From positions 1,664,879 through 1,728,878 of the forward strand of contig CAWDFP010000006.1 in assembly GCA_963801605.1 (NCBI GenBank): a DNA stretch of 64,000 bases, written 5' to 3'. The notes under the pieces were generated by a model, which was not told the origin of the DNA, did no database searches, and saw only the letters and a list, made by a program, of their open reading frames with translations. The DNA comes from an uncultured candidate division Zixibacteria bacterium (GTDB taxonomy: Bacteria > Zixibacteria > MSB-5A5 > UBA10806). Positions 46,198-54,912 of the stretch are shown here, one piece after another. Position 1 is the first letter of the stretch, and each line of letters opens with the position of its first letter. A program made the translations under genes and the position numbers.

Positions 46198-48039
46198 ATG
46201 TCCAATTCCAGGCTCTGGCTTATAATTTTTTCCCTATTCTTCTTTTGCCTTTTGGCATTCGGGGTGGCGATTGTCTTAAAAACAGCCTGGATCACCGCTT
46301 TAGTAGTCGTACTCGTTTTAGCGATCTCGGCCGTTTTAATAATTTCCTTCAATAAAACTTCGCGGGATTTAGCAATTCTATCGAAAATTACCCAGCCTGT
46401 AAAATCTACAGAGAACATTTTAGCCTTTAGGCTTTTAGCCGAACTTGACCTCTCCGCTATCGAGAAAAAATCGCCGGCCTTGAAAGCCGCTGAATTAATA
46501 AGGGAGAAATTCCAGCTTGAAAGTTTCGCCATATTCTTCCGTGAGGAAGATAAATATATCCCCAAGATTTACTCCGGAATAAACAGGATCGGCCTCGCTG
46601 CGCCGCCAATCCAAAAGCTAAGCCCCGCAATGAAAAGCAATATCAATATTGGGGCTTTGTCCAGTGATGAGAGTGATATCCTGACAGCATTCAAACGCGA
46701 TGGAGTTAATATCGCTTCCTCGATGATAGCCTTCGCTTATTCCTGGAGCCGGATGCACTCGGTTTATCTGATTGCCGACGATTCTCTCGGACGATTTTCC
46801 GAATCGCTGCGAGACTCTGAATTCAACCGCATTTTCTGGCCCGGTCTGGATAATGAATTAAGGCAAAATCAAAAATTTCTGGAAAGAGGGCAGGAGGTTC
46901 GTGAACTTGGCCGCCAGTTGGATCAAGCCAAAAAGGACATTGGCGATTTAAACAGGGAGCTTAAAAATAAGCTTTTGGATCTCAGGGCTTTCGTAAATAT
47001 ATCCAGCGATCTCTATTCGCTTTTCAGTGAAGAAGAGCTGCTTTCCAGGCTCAAACAGATAGTATGTGAAAAGCTTGGCGCCGCTTCAGCCGAAATCCTG
47101 GTACCTTCCGGTGATAGCCGTTTCATTCCCCACGCTGCCGGTGATGCCGGTCAGGCTGCTATGGACCTGTCATTGGATTCCGAATCGGAATTGGCAGAAC
47201 TTATTTCAAAATCGCCTCGCCCCGTGTTACTGCCGTTGGCCGGGTCAGGTTTTAAGCGCAACGAACCTTTCCTTCGAGCAGCCCTGACTTTGAATTTTCA
47301 GATAGCCTCGGCGATCAGAACCTCCGGGCATACGGCTTGTGTACTGATGGTTTCTCAGAAAAAAGATAAGACTCAGTTTACCAATCTCGATCTCGATGTT
47401 TTATATATAATTACCAATATTGCATCACTGGCGCTCGACAATATCCATCAATATTCAACAATAGAAAAATTATCTTATACCGATAGCATGACGGGGATTT
47501 ATAACTACCGATACTTTTACAAACGTCTTAACGAAGAAATTTTGCGCGCCAAACGTTACGACCGTGAACTGGCGCTGGTCATTCTCGACATCGATAATTT
47601 TAAATCCTTTAATGATAATTTCGGTCACCAGGCCGGAGATCTGGTACTAAAGCAATTGTCTGATTTGATTACCAAAACTATTCGTTCAATCGATGTGGTC
47701 AGCCGATATGGAGGCGAAGAATTCTGTATTATCATGCCGGATACCGGTATCGGCCATTGCCAAATATTTATAGAAAGGCTTCGTTCTCAAATTGCGGATT
47801 TTAAGTTTGAATCGAATCTTTTCCAAAAAGGCGGCAGTATATCGGTGTCGGTGGGAGGGGCGGTCTACCCGCAGCACGCTCCCATGCCCGATCGGCTCAT
47901 TTACTGCTCCGATATGGCGCTTCTCAAGGCTAAGGCGTTGGGACGAAATCGGGCTGTGATGTATGAAGCGGATATTTCCTTTGAGTCAAAATCCACGGAA
48001 GGGGGATTTAATGGAAGCCGTCAAGAATCGATGCTATGA
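46198..48039 (+). CDS. membrane-anchored GAF-GGDEF diguanylate cyclase
   Basis: ATG at 46198 (MSNSRLWLIIFSLFFFCLLAF), two TM helices, a GAF-like middle, GGDEF domain with active site RYGGEEF and I-site RSID five residues upstream. Confidence 0.88.
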   Translation: MSNSRLWLIIFSLFFFCLLAFGVAIVLKTAWITALVVVLVLAISAVLIISFNKTSRDLAILSKITQPVKSTENILAFRLLAELDLSAIEKKSPALKAAELIREKFQLESFAIFFREEDKYIPKIYSGINRIGLAAPPIQKLSPAMKSNINIGALSSDESDILTAFKRDGVNIASSMIAFAYSWSRMHSVYLIADDSLGRFSESLRDSEFNRIFWPGLDNELRQNQKFLERGQEVRELGRQLDQAKKDIGDLNRELKNKLLDLRAFVNISSDLYSLFSEEELLSRLKQIVCEKLGAASAEILVPSGDSRFIPHAAGDAGQAAMDLSLDSESELAELISKSPRPVLLPLAGSGFKRNEPFLRAALTLNFQIASAIRTSGHTACVLMVSQKKDKTQFTNLDLDVLYIITNIASLALDNIHQYSTIEKLSYTDSMTGIYNYRYFYKRLNEEILRAKRYDRELALVILDIDNFKSFNDNFGHQAGDLVLKQLSDLITKTIRSIDVVSRYGGEEFCIIMPDTGIGHCQIFIERLRSQIADFKFESNLFQKGGSISVSVGGAVYPQHAPMPDRLIYCSDMALLKAKALGRNRAVMYEADISFESKSTEGGFNGSRQESML

Positions 48040-49093
48040 AGCGATCTTGATTAAAATTGCATTAGCGCTATTTGGGCTGATTTTTATAGGGCAGTTTTGT
48101 GCTTTAGCGAGCGCCTCTGCTCAGGATACCGCCGGCAAACAAGCCCAGGCTAATGATCAAACCGTAAATCAGCCTCAAACCGGTCAGGAATCTTATGTTA
48201 TCGGTAACCTCGATATGCTGTCGGTAGCATTCTGGCAGCAACCGGATCTCAACCGCGATGTTCGAGTTGATGAGAACGGGATGATAAGTTTGCCGGTTAT
48301 CGGCGATATCAAAGCTGCCGGTTTGACGCCTAACGAGCTTTCCAAAAAAATCGTGCAGCAAATGAGTATCTACAACACTCCAGTCTCACAGGCAACGGTT
48401 AATGTCACCGAGTTTAACTCCCGAAGCGTGGTGGTCGCCGGTCGGGTTCTCACTCCGGGCAGCCGCCGATATGAAAAGATACCCGACGTTTGGCAGGTCA
48501 TTCTTGACGCCGGCGGACCTATGTCCGATGCCGACCTTTCACGCGTGACTATTGTCAGGAAAGAGGGCGAGAAATCTAACGTTATCAATGTAGATATATA
48601 TAAGATCATTCAGTCGGGCGACCTTGCTAAAGCTCCTCAGCTTCAGCCGGGAGACCTGGTCAACGTTCCCATATCCAGTTATGGCACGAATATAAGCATG
48701 TCCCTACCCACTCAACCCAGATTTGAAGGCAGAAATATATTTTTCGTCTTTGGACAGGTTGTCGAACAGGGTCCGCGGAACCTTGAAGAGGGAATGGATG
48801 TTTTGGACGGGATTGCGCTTGCCAGAGGGTATACTCCTGATGCCGATCTCAAGCACGTTAAAGTTATAATGAAGGACGCTAAATATTCTAATGTCATAAA
48901 GCTGAATTTGGAAAAGTATATGTCAAGCGGTCAGCCTCCCAGAATAATGCTTCATCCGGAGGATACCATAATTGTGCCCACCCGAAGCAGTTTCTTCACA
49001 ACCGCCATGTCGCATCTGAATACTATTCTGCCTGCACTGGGCACTACGGCGACCCTGGTACTTGTGATAAGAGAAATTCAAAGGAATCCCTGA
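48011..49093 (+). CDS. polysaccharide export protein (Wza family: Poly_export and SLBB domains)
   Basis: ATG at 48011 after GGAAGGGGG. YVIGNLDMLSVAFWQQPDLNRDVRVDENGMISLPVIGDIKAAGLTPNELSKKI is the Poly_export pattern. Confidence 0.85.
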   Translation: MEAVKNRCYEAILIKIALALFGLIFIGQFCALASASAQDTAGKQAQANDQTVNQPQTGQESYVIGNLDMLSVAFWQQPDLNRDVRVDENGMISLPVIGDIKAAGLTPNELSKKIVQQMSIYNTPVSQATVNVTEFNSRSVVVAGRVLTPGSRRYEKIPDVWQVILDAGGPMSDADLSRVTIVRKEGEKSNVINVDIYKIIQSGDLAKAPQLQPGDLVNVPISSYGTNISMSLPTQPRFEGRNIFFVFGQVVEQGPRNLEEGMDVLDGIALARGYTPDADLKHVKVIMKDAKYSNVIKLNLEKYMSSGQPPRIMLHPEDTIIVPTRSSFFTTAMSHLNTILPALGTTATLVLVIREIQRNP

Positions 49094-49253
49094 TGAACCT
49101 GGCTTATGGTTTTGAACGGTTGGGCATTGAATTTTCCAGCGAACAAAAACCATAATTACCGTCTAAAATGAAATAGCGGGCTTGCGAAAGTTAGAATATT
49201 AATATATACATTTTGATGTATCAGGATAATTATTAAATCTCGAAGGTAGTGCT

Positions 49254-50840
49254 TTGGAAAACGAAAAATCGCAAATAGATTTAAGAAGTTACTGGGCTAT
49301 TCTGGGAAGGCGCAAAGCGCTTCTGATCTTGCCGCTTATGATTGTGCCCCTGGTCGCATTCATCATAACTTATTTTATGAAACCGACCTATGTTTCAACC
49401 GTGTCCATTCTGATTGGCGATACTATGGTTTTACCTACTCCAGTTCAACAGGATGTACAGGGTCGAAACGGCGGATACGATTATCGAAGCGCCCAGGAAT
49501 TGCAGAGTTCTTATCTAAATCAGATCACATCGACGAAATACCTGAAACGCCTTATTGCCGTTCTTAATATCCCGATCTCGGAAGAAGTTAAGCGCATGGT
49601 CGCTTTAACCAAGGCCAATTACCCCGATGTTACTGAAAGCGATCTGGCTGAAAATATCCTTTCCGACCAGCTTCGCAAAAGGGTCATGGTCTCGATGAGA
49701 TCCAACAACCTTATCGATCTCTCGGTTGTATCCATAGATCCGATCAGCGCACGGAAAATGGCGGCGGCCCTGGCAGATATCTTCATTGAAGAGAACCTGG
49801 CATCCGAACTGGCCGGGATTCGCTCCAGTATTTCCTTCTCAGAAGATCAACTGGCATTTTATAAAGATAAACTTAAAGAAGCCGAGGATAAGCTTCGCGA
49901 CTTCAGGCAGGGCATCTTATCATCATCGTTCGGCCAGGATACCAGCTCGATCAATCTCAGGGAGATTGCCTCTGCGGTTCAGACGCTGGATATAGAAATA
50001 TCCAATGAACAGGAACAGCAGGCCGGCCTGCGTTCAGCGCTGGATCAGGAAAGCGTCGATGTTTCCGCATTTACACTGCCTCCCGGAGTCAGCACTCTCA
50101 GGGATAGACTGCTTGGTAATGTCAACCAGCTTGCTAATCTTCTTACAAGTTATTCCTGGCGAGATGCCAAGGTTGTGAGTCTTAATGAGGAGTCCCGCGG
50201 CCTTATCACTGATATTACCACTCAGATTCGTACCTGGGCGGAGCAAAAATATGCCGCATCACCTGCTAATGTACGAGAGACTATCATCGAATATCTCGCC
50301 GGTAATATTGTCACCGATTTTAATCATGCCAAGCGCGCCAGCCTCGATTCATATATAGGGAAAACCAAAACGAAGCTTGGCGAGGACCCGGGAACCGAAA
50401 TTACCTTGCAAAGACTTCAAAGCGAGGTCGACAGTTATAAGAGATTCTATGACCTCTTCGTTTCTCATTCCCAGAATGCTGCTATCAACCAATCGGCCAT
50501 AAAAGTTGAGGCCGAGGCTAAATATACCATCATCAGGCCGGCTTCTCTGCCCCTGGCGCCTGATTCGCCAAATAGATTTCGGATTTTTGGCATGGGTATC
50601 GCCTTAGGCCTGGTATTGGGATTTGGCGCTATTCTGACTGTCGAGCTTCTTGATGATTCCTTTAAGAAAATTGAAGATGTGACCCACTACTTGAAACTGC
50701 CCGTCATCGGAACCATCCCAAGAATGGAGCTTCCCTTTGGCAACTCCTCGAAAAAAAGATTTCCGATAATAATTGGCTTGGGCATCAGCATGGTGCTCAT
50801 CATGATTATAGTATTCTTACATTTTAAGAAGAACGGATAA
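49254..50840 (+). CDS. polysaccharide chain-length determinant (Wzz/GumC-type PCP, no kinase domain)
   Basis: N-terminal IDLRSYWAILGRRKALLILPLMIV TM helix, long coiled periplasmic region, C-terminal TM helices. TTG start in the track. Confidence 0.8.
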   Translation: MENEKSQIDLRSYWAILGRRKALLILPLMIVPLVAFIITYFMKPTYVSTVSILIGDTMVLPTPVQQDVQGRNGGYDYRSAQELQSSYLNQITSTKYLKRLIAVLNIPISEEVKRMVALTKANYPDVTESDLAENILSDQLRKRVMVSMRSNNLIDLSVVSIDPISARKMAAALADIFIEENLASELAGIRSSISFSEDQLAFYKDKLKEAEDKLRDFRQGILSSSFGQDTSSINLREIASAVQTLDIEISNEQEQQAGLRSALDQESVDVSAFTLPPGVSTLRDRLLGNVNQLANLLTSYSWRDAKVVSLNEESRGLITDITTQIRTWAEQKYAASPANVRETIIEYLAGNIVTDFNHAKRASLDSYIGKTKTKLGEDPGTEITLQRLQSEVDSYKRFYDLFVSHSQNAAINQSAIKVEAEAKYTIIRPASLPLAPDSPNRFRIFGMGIALGLVLGFGAILTVELLDDSFKKIEDVTHYLKLPVIGTIPRMELPFGNSSKKRFPIIIGLGISMVLIMIIVFLHFKKNG

Positions 50841-50845
50841 TAATT

Positions 50846-51964
50846 ATGCCTCCGATTGGATTTACGGATAAGTTCAGACGTTTGGATCGCGAATACCTGA
50901 TGCAAACATCGGTAAGTGAAGCTCGCAAGGCGATCGTTTGTTCGCTTTTTCACTCGGGTTTGCTGATTAACTCCCGGACTTTTCCATTGCCGCCCAATCT
51001 CGAAGGCGACGCTTTATTGGAAAAAGTGGCCAAACATCATGAGCATTGCCTTTCGGATATCAACTCCCTGTTGGGTCTTGTGGAGCGCATGAAAGAACTC
51101 GATAAGCCGGAGATCATTGAAAAACTGGGACGAACTCTCTGTTCGCATGAACTATACGATGAGGGATGCAGCCTGTTGGATTACGCTGTTCAAAAGTACC
51201 CCGAATCTCCCGGACTACGGTTTGCGTTGGGACGGATTTGTCTGGCTAAGGGAAAATTCGAAGAGGCCTGTGAGCAGCTATCGCGGGCGGTGGAGTTGGC
51301 GCCAGTATATCCCGATTACCGTAATCTTCTCGGCGTTGCTTTTCTTAAGACCAATAAACCGGTAGCAGCCATAGACGAATTCCGTAAAGCTGTGGAAATC
51401 AATATTTATTATGATGAAGCATATTTCAACCTGGGCCTTGGATATATATTGAATGGGATTGTCAAAGAAGATTTCAATCTGGCAAAAAATCTTCTGCACA
51501 ACTGTCAGGAAACATTTCAAAAAGCTGCTCTATTTAATCCCGCCTTTGGCACTGAGGAATATGAAAAAGGCATGGCGCTTTTAAGTGAGGGTCAACTGGA
51601 ACCAGCTTATGAAATTCTTGGCAACGTTGGCAGGGACGCTGTCAATCATCGCGCCGACGAAAAGCTGCTTGAAATGTATATGCGCTATATTTACGGGCAA
51701 CCGGGGTTAACCGAAGCCGGGATAAAGCAATATCTCGAGGAAGTAAGCGAGCTTCTCAAATCCAATCCGGGGCATGCCGATCTGCACAACGAACTTGGTA
51801 TGGCTTATATGATAATGAGCAAATTCCTGAACAATAAAGCAATGGAGCACTTCCAGGAGGCATTGAGGATTAATCCCAATTTCCTCAAGGCCGCCAGGAA
51901 TCTCAAGCTTTCTCAGAATGATCTGAAAGGCTTTGAGGTCCTGCTGGACGCGATTATCAGATGA
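50846..51964 (+). CDS. TPR-repeat protein
   Basis: TPR-like repeats (AVELAPVYPDYRNLLGVAFLKTNKPVAAIDEFRKAVEINIYYDEAYFNLG, ALRINPNFLKAARNL). Confidence 0.7.
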   Translation: MPPIGFTDKFRRLDREYLMQTSVSEARKAIVCSLFHSGLLINSRTFPLPPNLEGDALLEKVAKHHEHCLSDINSLLGLVERMKELDKPEIIEKLGRTLCSHELYDEGCSLLDYAVQKYPESPGLRFALGRICLAKGKFEEACEQLSRAVELAPVYPDYRNLLGVAFLKTNKPVAAIDEFRKAVEINIYYDEAYFNLGLGYILNGIVKEDFNLAKNLLHNCQETFQKAALFNPAFGTEEYEKGMALLSEGQLEPAYEILGNVGRDAVNHRADEKLLEMYMRYIYGQPGLTEAGIKQYLEEVSELLKSNPGHADLHNELGMAYMIMSKFLNNKAMEHFQEALRINPNFLKAARNLKLSQNDLKGFEVLLDAIIR

Positions 51965-52674
51965 ACGATAGAAAGCAGATGTCATTATTATCGGTTTATC
52001 ATAAAGAATCGGCGATCGGCACCGAGTTTCGTCGCTTGTATTCCAATATCAGAAGTAAAAGTCAGGGTCGGAAAATTCAAAACCTGATGATTACATCCGC
52101 TACGGTGGGGGAGGGCAAATCGCTGACCAGCAGTTTGCTTGCCATAACCATAGCCGAGCTTACCAAGCTCAAAGTGGCGTTAGTTGATTTTGATTTGAGA
52201 CGCCCCAAGATTTCAAGTTATTTCGGTCTGGAGAACGACGGTGGAGTAGCTGACGTTTTAACCGGCAAAGCGTCGTTAAAAGCGGTCTCACAAAAGACTA
52301 CTGCCCCGAATTTGACTGTTATTCCCGCCGGGCATCTGGATAAGCTTCCCACCGACGTACTTGAACATGAGCATGTCGCCAATTTCTTTCAAGAATTGAA
52401 ATTCTATTTCGATCAGGTTATAGTTGATACCCCTCCTATTATTCCCGTTTCAGATCCCATGCTCCTGGCCGAGCATGTCGATAGCGTCATTCTCGTGATA
52501 AGGGGAGGCTCCACCCAAAGAGATGTCGTCAGCAGGGCGTCCAATCTTCTGATCAACGCCAATATTGATATCCTTGGAGTGGTTCTTAATGATTTCGAGG
52601 AAGTCCTACCGTATTATTACAAGGAAAAATATTACGGGTATCATTATTATCACAAAGATTTAAAGATTGAATGA
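51961..52674 (+). CDS. BY-kinase (CpsD/CapB-type tyrosine autokinase)
   Basis: Walker A TVGEGKS, Walker A' VDFDLRRP, Walker B VIVDTPP, C-terminal tyrosine cluster YYYKEKYYGYHYYH. ATGA overlap with the TPR gene. Confidence 0.85.
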   Translation: MNDRKQMSLLSVYHKESAIGTEFRRLYSNIRSKSQGRKIQNLMITSATVGEGKSLTSSLLAITIAELTKLKVALVDFDLRRPKISSYFGLENDGGVADVLTGKASLKAVSQKTTAPNLTVIPAGHLDKLPTDVLEHEHVANFFQELKFYFDQVIVDTPPIIPVSDPMLLAEHVDSVILVIRGGSTQRDVVSRASNLLINANIDILGVVLNDFEEVLPYYYKEKYYGYHYYHKDLKIE

Positions 52675-52901
52675 CACATCTCAATAAATGCTGCAATGCA
52701 TTATTTCTGCATTTATTTGCATAATCGACTGATTTTGTTTATTCCAATTTAGGGATAATTCCTATTAATTTTCCGCGAGCACGAAACCCGGCCTTATTTC
52801 TGGTTTTGTAAGTTATTATATTTTATGAACTTACAATACCTATGATGCGCTTGTCTCTTAAATAATTTTTTAACGCAAACTTAATCCTCGTGGCTTGTTC
52901 G

Positions 52902-52917
52902 TGGCAGCAAATTTGCA
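52902..52917 (+). promoter_or_regulatory. sigma-54 (-24/-12) promoter candidate
   Basis: TGGCAG-CAAAT-TTGCA versus consensus TGGCAC-N5-TTGCW; about 60 nt before the ATG at 52976. Confidence 0.55.
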
Positions 52918-52975
52918 TTAAGAGGGAGCAAAAGGGGAAATCTTAAATTAGATAATTTTTATCGGAGATAGATTA

Positions 52976-53875
52976 ATGAGATACCAATATCCTGTGCCAA
53001 ATCCTCTCGGACATTACTGGGATGAAGAATCCGTCAGAGTATGGGGCATTAAACTCGGGATTTCTAAAAAAGCCGGATATTACCTGAGCTACTTTCTGGG
53101 CGAAATAGTTTTAGCCAATTTCTTTATGTTATATGCGCTTATCCTAAATCAGGCCTTGCTTCTTGGTTCAAAGAGGGCAGTAGCCAGAGTTTCTCACCGC
53201 ATTGATATTGGCTCGATTGCTAAAAGATCGATTGATATCGTTGGAGCCATAGTTGGTTTGATTTTAACCTTGCCACTTTGGTGCTTAATCGCCGTCGCGA
53301 TAAAGCTTGAATCCAAGGGGCCAATCTTCTACAAACAAGAACGGGTTGGCCAGAATAGACGCCGTGGTGATCGGCGTGCTGTAATATTGACAGGCCAGGA
53401 AAGACGTATTCAGGCGGATCGTCGTAAAACGCCCGGCCATGGAATGACTTTCATGATTGTGAAGTTCCGCAGTATGCGGCAAGATGCTGAATCCTATAGC
53501 GGCCCTGTTTGGGCGCAGAAGAAGGATCCTCGTATAACCCGCGTTGGACATTTCCTGAGAATCACCAGGTTGGATGAACTTCCGCAGTTTATCAACGTTC
53601 TTATCGGAAATATGAGCCTGGTTGGCCCTCGCCCTGAAAGACCGTTTTTCGTCAACGATCTTCAAACTAAAATTAAAGATTACACTGCTCGTTTTGATGT
53701 TAAGCCCGGCATTACTGGTCTGGCTCAAGTCGAACACAAGTATGACGAAAGTATTGAAGATGTTTCCAAGAAGATTTCTTATGATCTTCGATATATCCAC
53801 AACTGGACCGTTTTTCAGGACGTTAAGATCATCATGAGAACCGTGATCGTGGTTTTAACAGCTCGCGGTATGTAG
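52976..53875 (+). CDS. priming sugar transferase (bacterial sugar transferase family, polyprenyl-phosphate glycosyl-1-phosphate transferase)
   Basis: [20 protein letters not shown]...[11 protein letters not shown]...[10 protein letters not shown]...[38 protein letters not shown]. Contains an Arg-rich insertion (53351-53443). Confidence 0.9.
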   Translation: MRYQYPVPNPLGHYWDEESVRVWGIKLGISKKAGYYLSYFLGEIVLANFFMLYALILNQALLLGSKRAVARVSHRIDIGSIAKRSIDIVGAIVGLILTLPLWCLIAVAIKLESKGPIFYKQERVGQNRRRGDRRAVILTGQERRIQADRRKTPGHGMTFMIVKFRSMRQDAESYSGPVWAQKKDPRITRVGHFLRITRLDELPQFINVLIGNMSLVGPRPERPFFVNDLQTKIKDYTARFDVKPGITGLAQVEHKYDESIEDVSKKISYDLRYIHNWTVFQDVKIIMRTVIVVLTARGM

Positions 53876-53896
53876 GATTCTAAAATTTCTTTAAGA

Positions 53897-53922
53897 AAGG
53901 GGGATTGTATCCCCCTTTTTTA
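53897..53922 (+). terminator. rho-independent terminator
   Basis: AGGGGGAT-TGT-ATCCCCCT followed by a T6 run. Confidence 0.75.
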
Positions 53923-54182
53923 TTGGCATAAATAGCTTGCAAAATGTCTCTGTTTAATTTATGTTCATGACCGAGGGATATGGATGCAGGTGCAAGACTA
54001 TCTTGTAACCAGACTTAGAGCGGGAAACCGGAATTTTCTAAGCGAAAAGATCCCTTATTAATTGTTTTTTATCAGCCATTGGAGAGCAGTAATCGTTGAT
54101 GCTTTAGAAAGGGCGATTCGATCCGATTATAATAGAAGCTCTATAAATCTGCAGTTATTGAAATATAGGGAGGGGAACTTAG

Positions 54183-54902
54183 ATGAATAGAACGACCTTT
54201 TATGCAATACTAATCTGTGTTGCATTGACGTCAGCAGTTTTGGCACAGCAAACCGCTGCTCCGAAATCCGATAATGTTGTTTTGACAACCAATCCTCCCG
54301 GAGCCACGGCTTATTTTAGCGGCTCATACAACCTGGTGGTAAATACTCCGGCCATTCTACCCTCCAATCTTTCAGGTACCTATAAGATCAGAATCACTCG
54401 TCCCGGATATGAATCCTGGAAAGGTGAACTCGCTCTTCTACCCGGCAGCGCCAACAATATCAATGTTGATCTCATTCAGAAAACGCGGATAAAGGCCGGC
54501 TTACGTTCGCTCTTTATCCCTGGTTGGGGGCAATACTATGGGGGCAGCTCAATTAGAGGCGCTGTATTCACTCTTAGCGTAATTGGCGCCGGCGCAGTTC
54601 TATATGATTCTGATAAGAAATACAGGGATAAGCGCAATGCCTATGATATTGCCCATCAGAATTACGATAACGCAACTTCCATCACTCAAATGGAACTGCT
54701 AAGGCCCATACTTGAATCCGCCCGACAAACCGCCAGCAAATCCGAAACTGATCGGCGCCGCATATTTTATCTGGGTGTCGGAATATGGGTTTATAATATT
54801 CTGGATTCAATGGTATTCTTCCCTGAAGGATCAGCCTATTACCCCGCAATTTCCACGACCGATAATGGGGGCACTCAGGTATCAATGGTAGTCAAATTTT
54901 AG
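54183..54902 (+). CDS. PEGA-domain protein with membrane segment
   Basis: Signal peptide, PEGA-like module (PPGATAYFSG...YKIRITRPGYESWKGEL), then LFIPGWGQYYGG... hydrophobic helices. Confidence 0.65.
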   Translation: MNRTTFYAILICVALTSAVLAQQTAAPKSDNVVLTTNPPGATAYFSGSYNLVVNTPAILPSNLSGTYKIRITRPGYESWKGELALLPGSANNINVDLIQKTRIKAGLRSLFIPGWGQYYGGSSIRGAVFTLSVIGAGAVLYDSDKKYRDKRNAYDIAHQNYDNATSITQMELLRPILESARQTASKSETDRRRIFYLGVGIWVYNILDSMVFFPEGSAYYPAISTTDNGGTQVSMVVKF

Positions 54903-54912
54903 GAGGGGATAA

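Noticed and set aside
46041-46565. 174-aa minus-strand ORF spanning the STAS/GGDEF junction
   Set aside because: It is antisense to two well-supported plus-strand genes. Its sequence is low-complexity and Lys/Phe/Ser-rich.
53285-53800. 171-aa minus-strand ORF inside the sugar transferase gene
   Set aside because: It is antisense to a gene with canonical bacterial sugar transferase motifs.
53924-53941. TGGCAT...CTTGCA resembling a sigma-54 promoter upstream of the PEGA gene
   Set aside because: The GG-to-GC spacing is off by two bases either way, and sigma-54 promoters are strict about this spacing.
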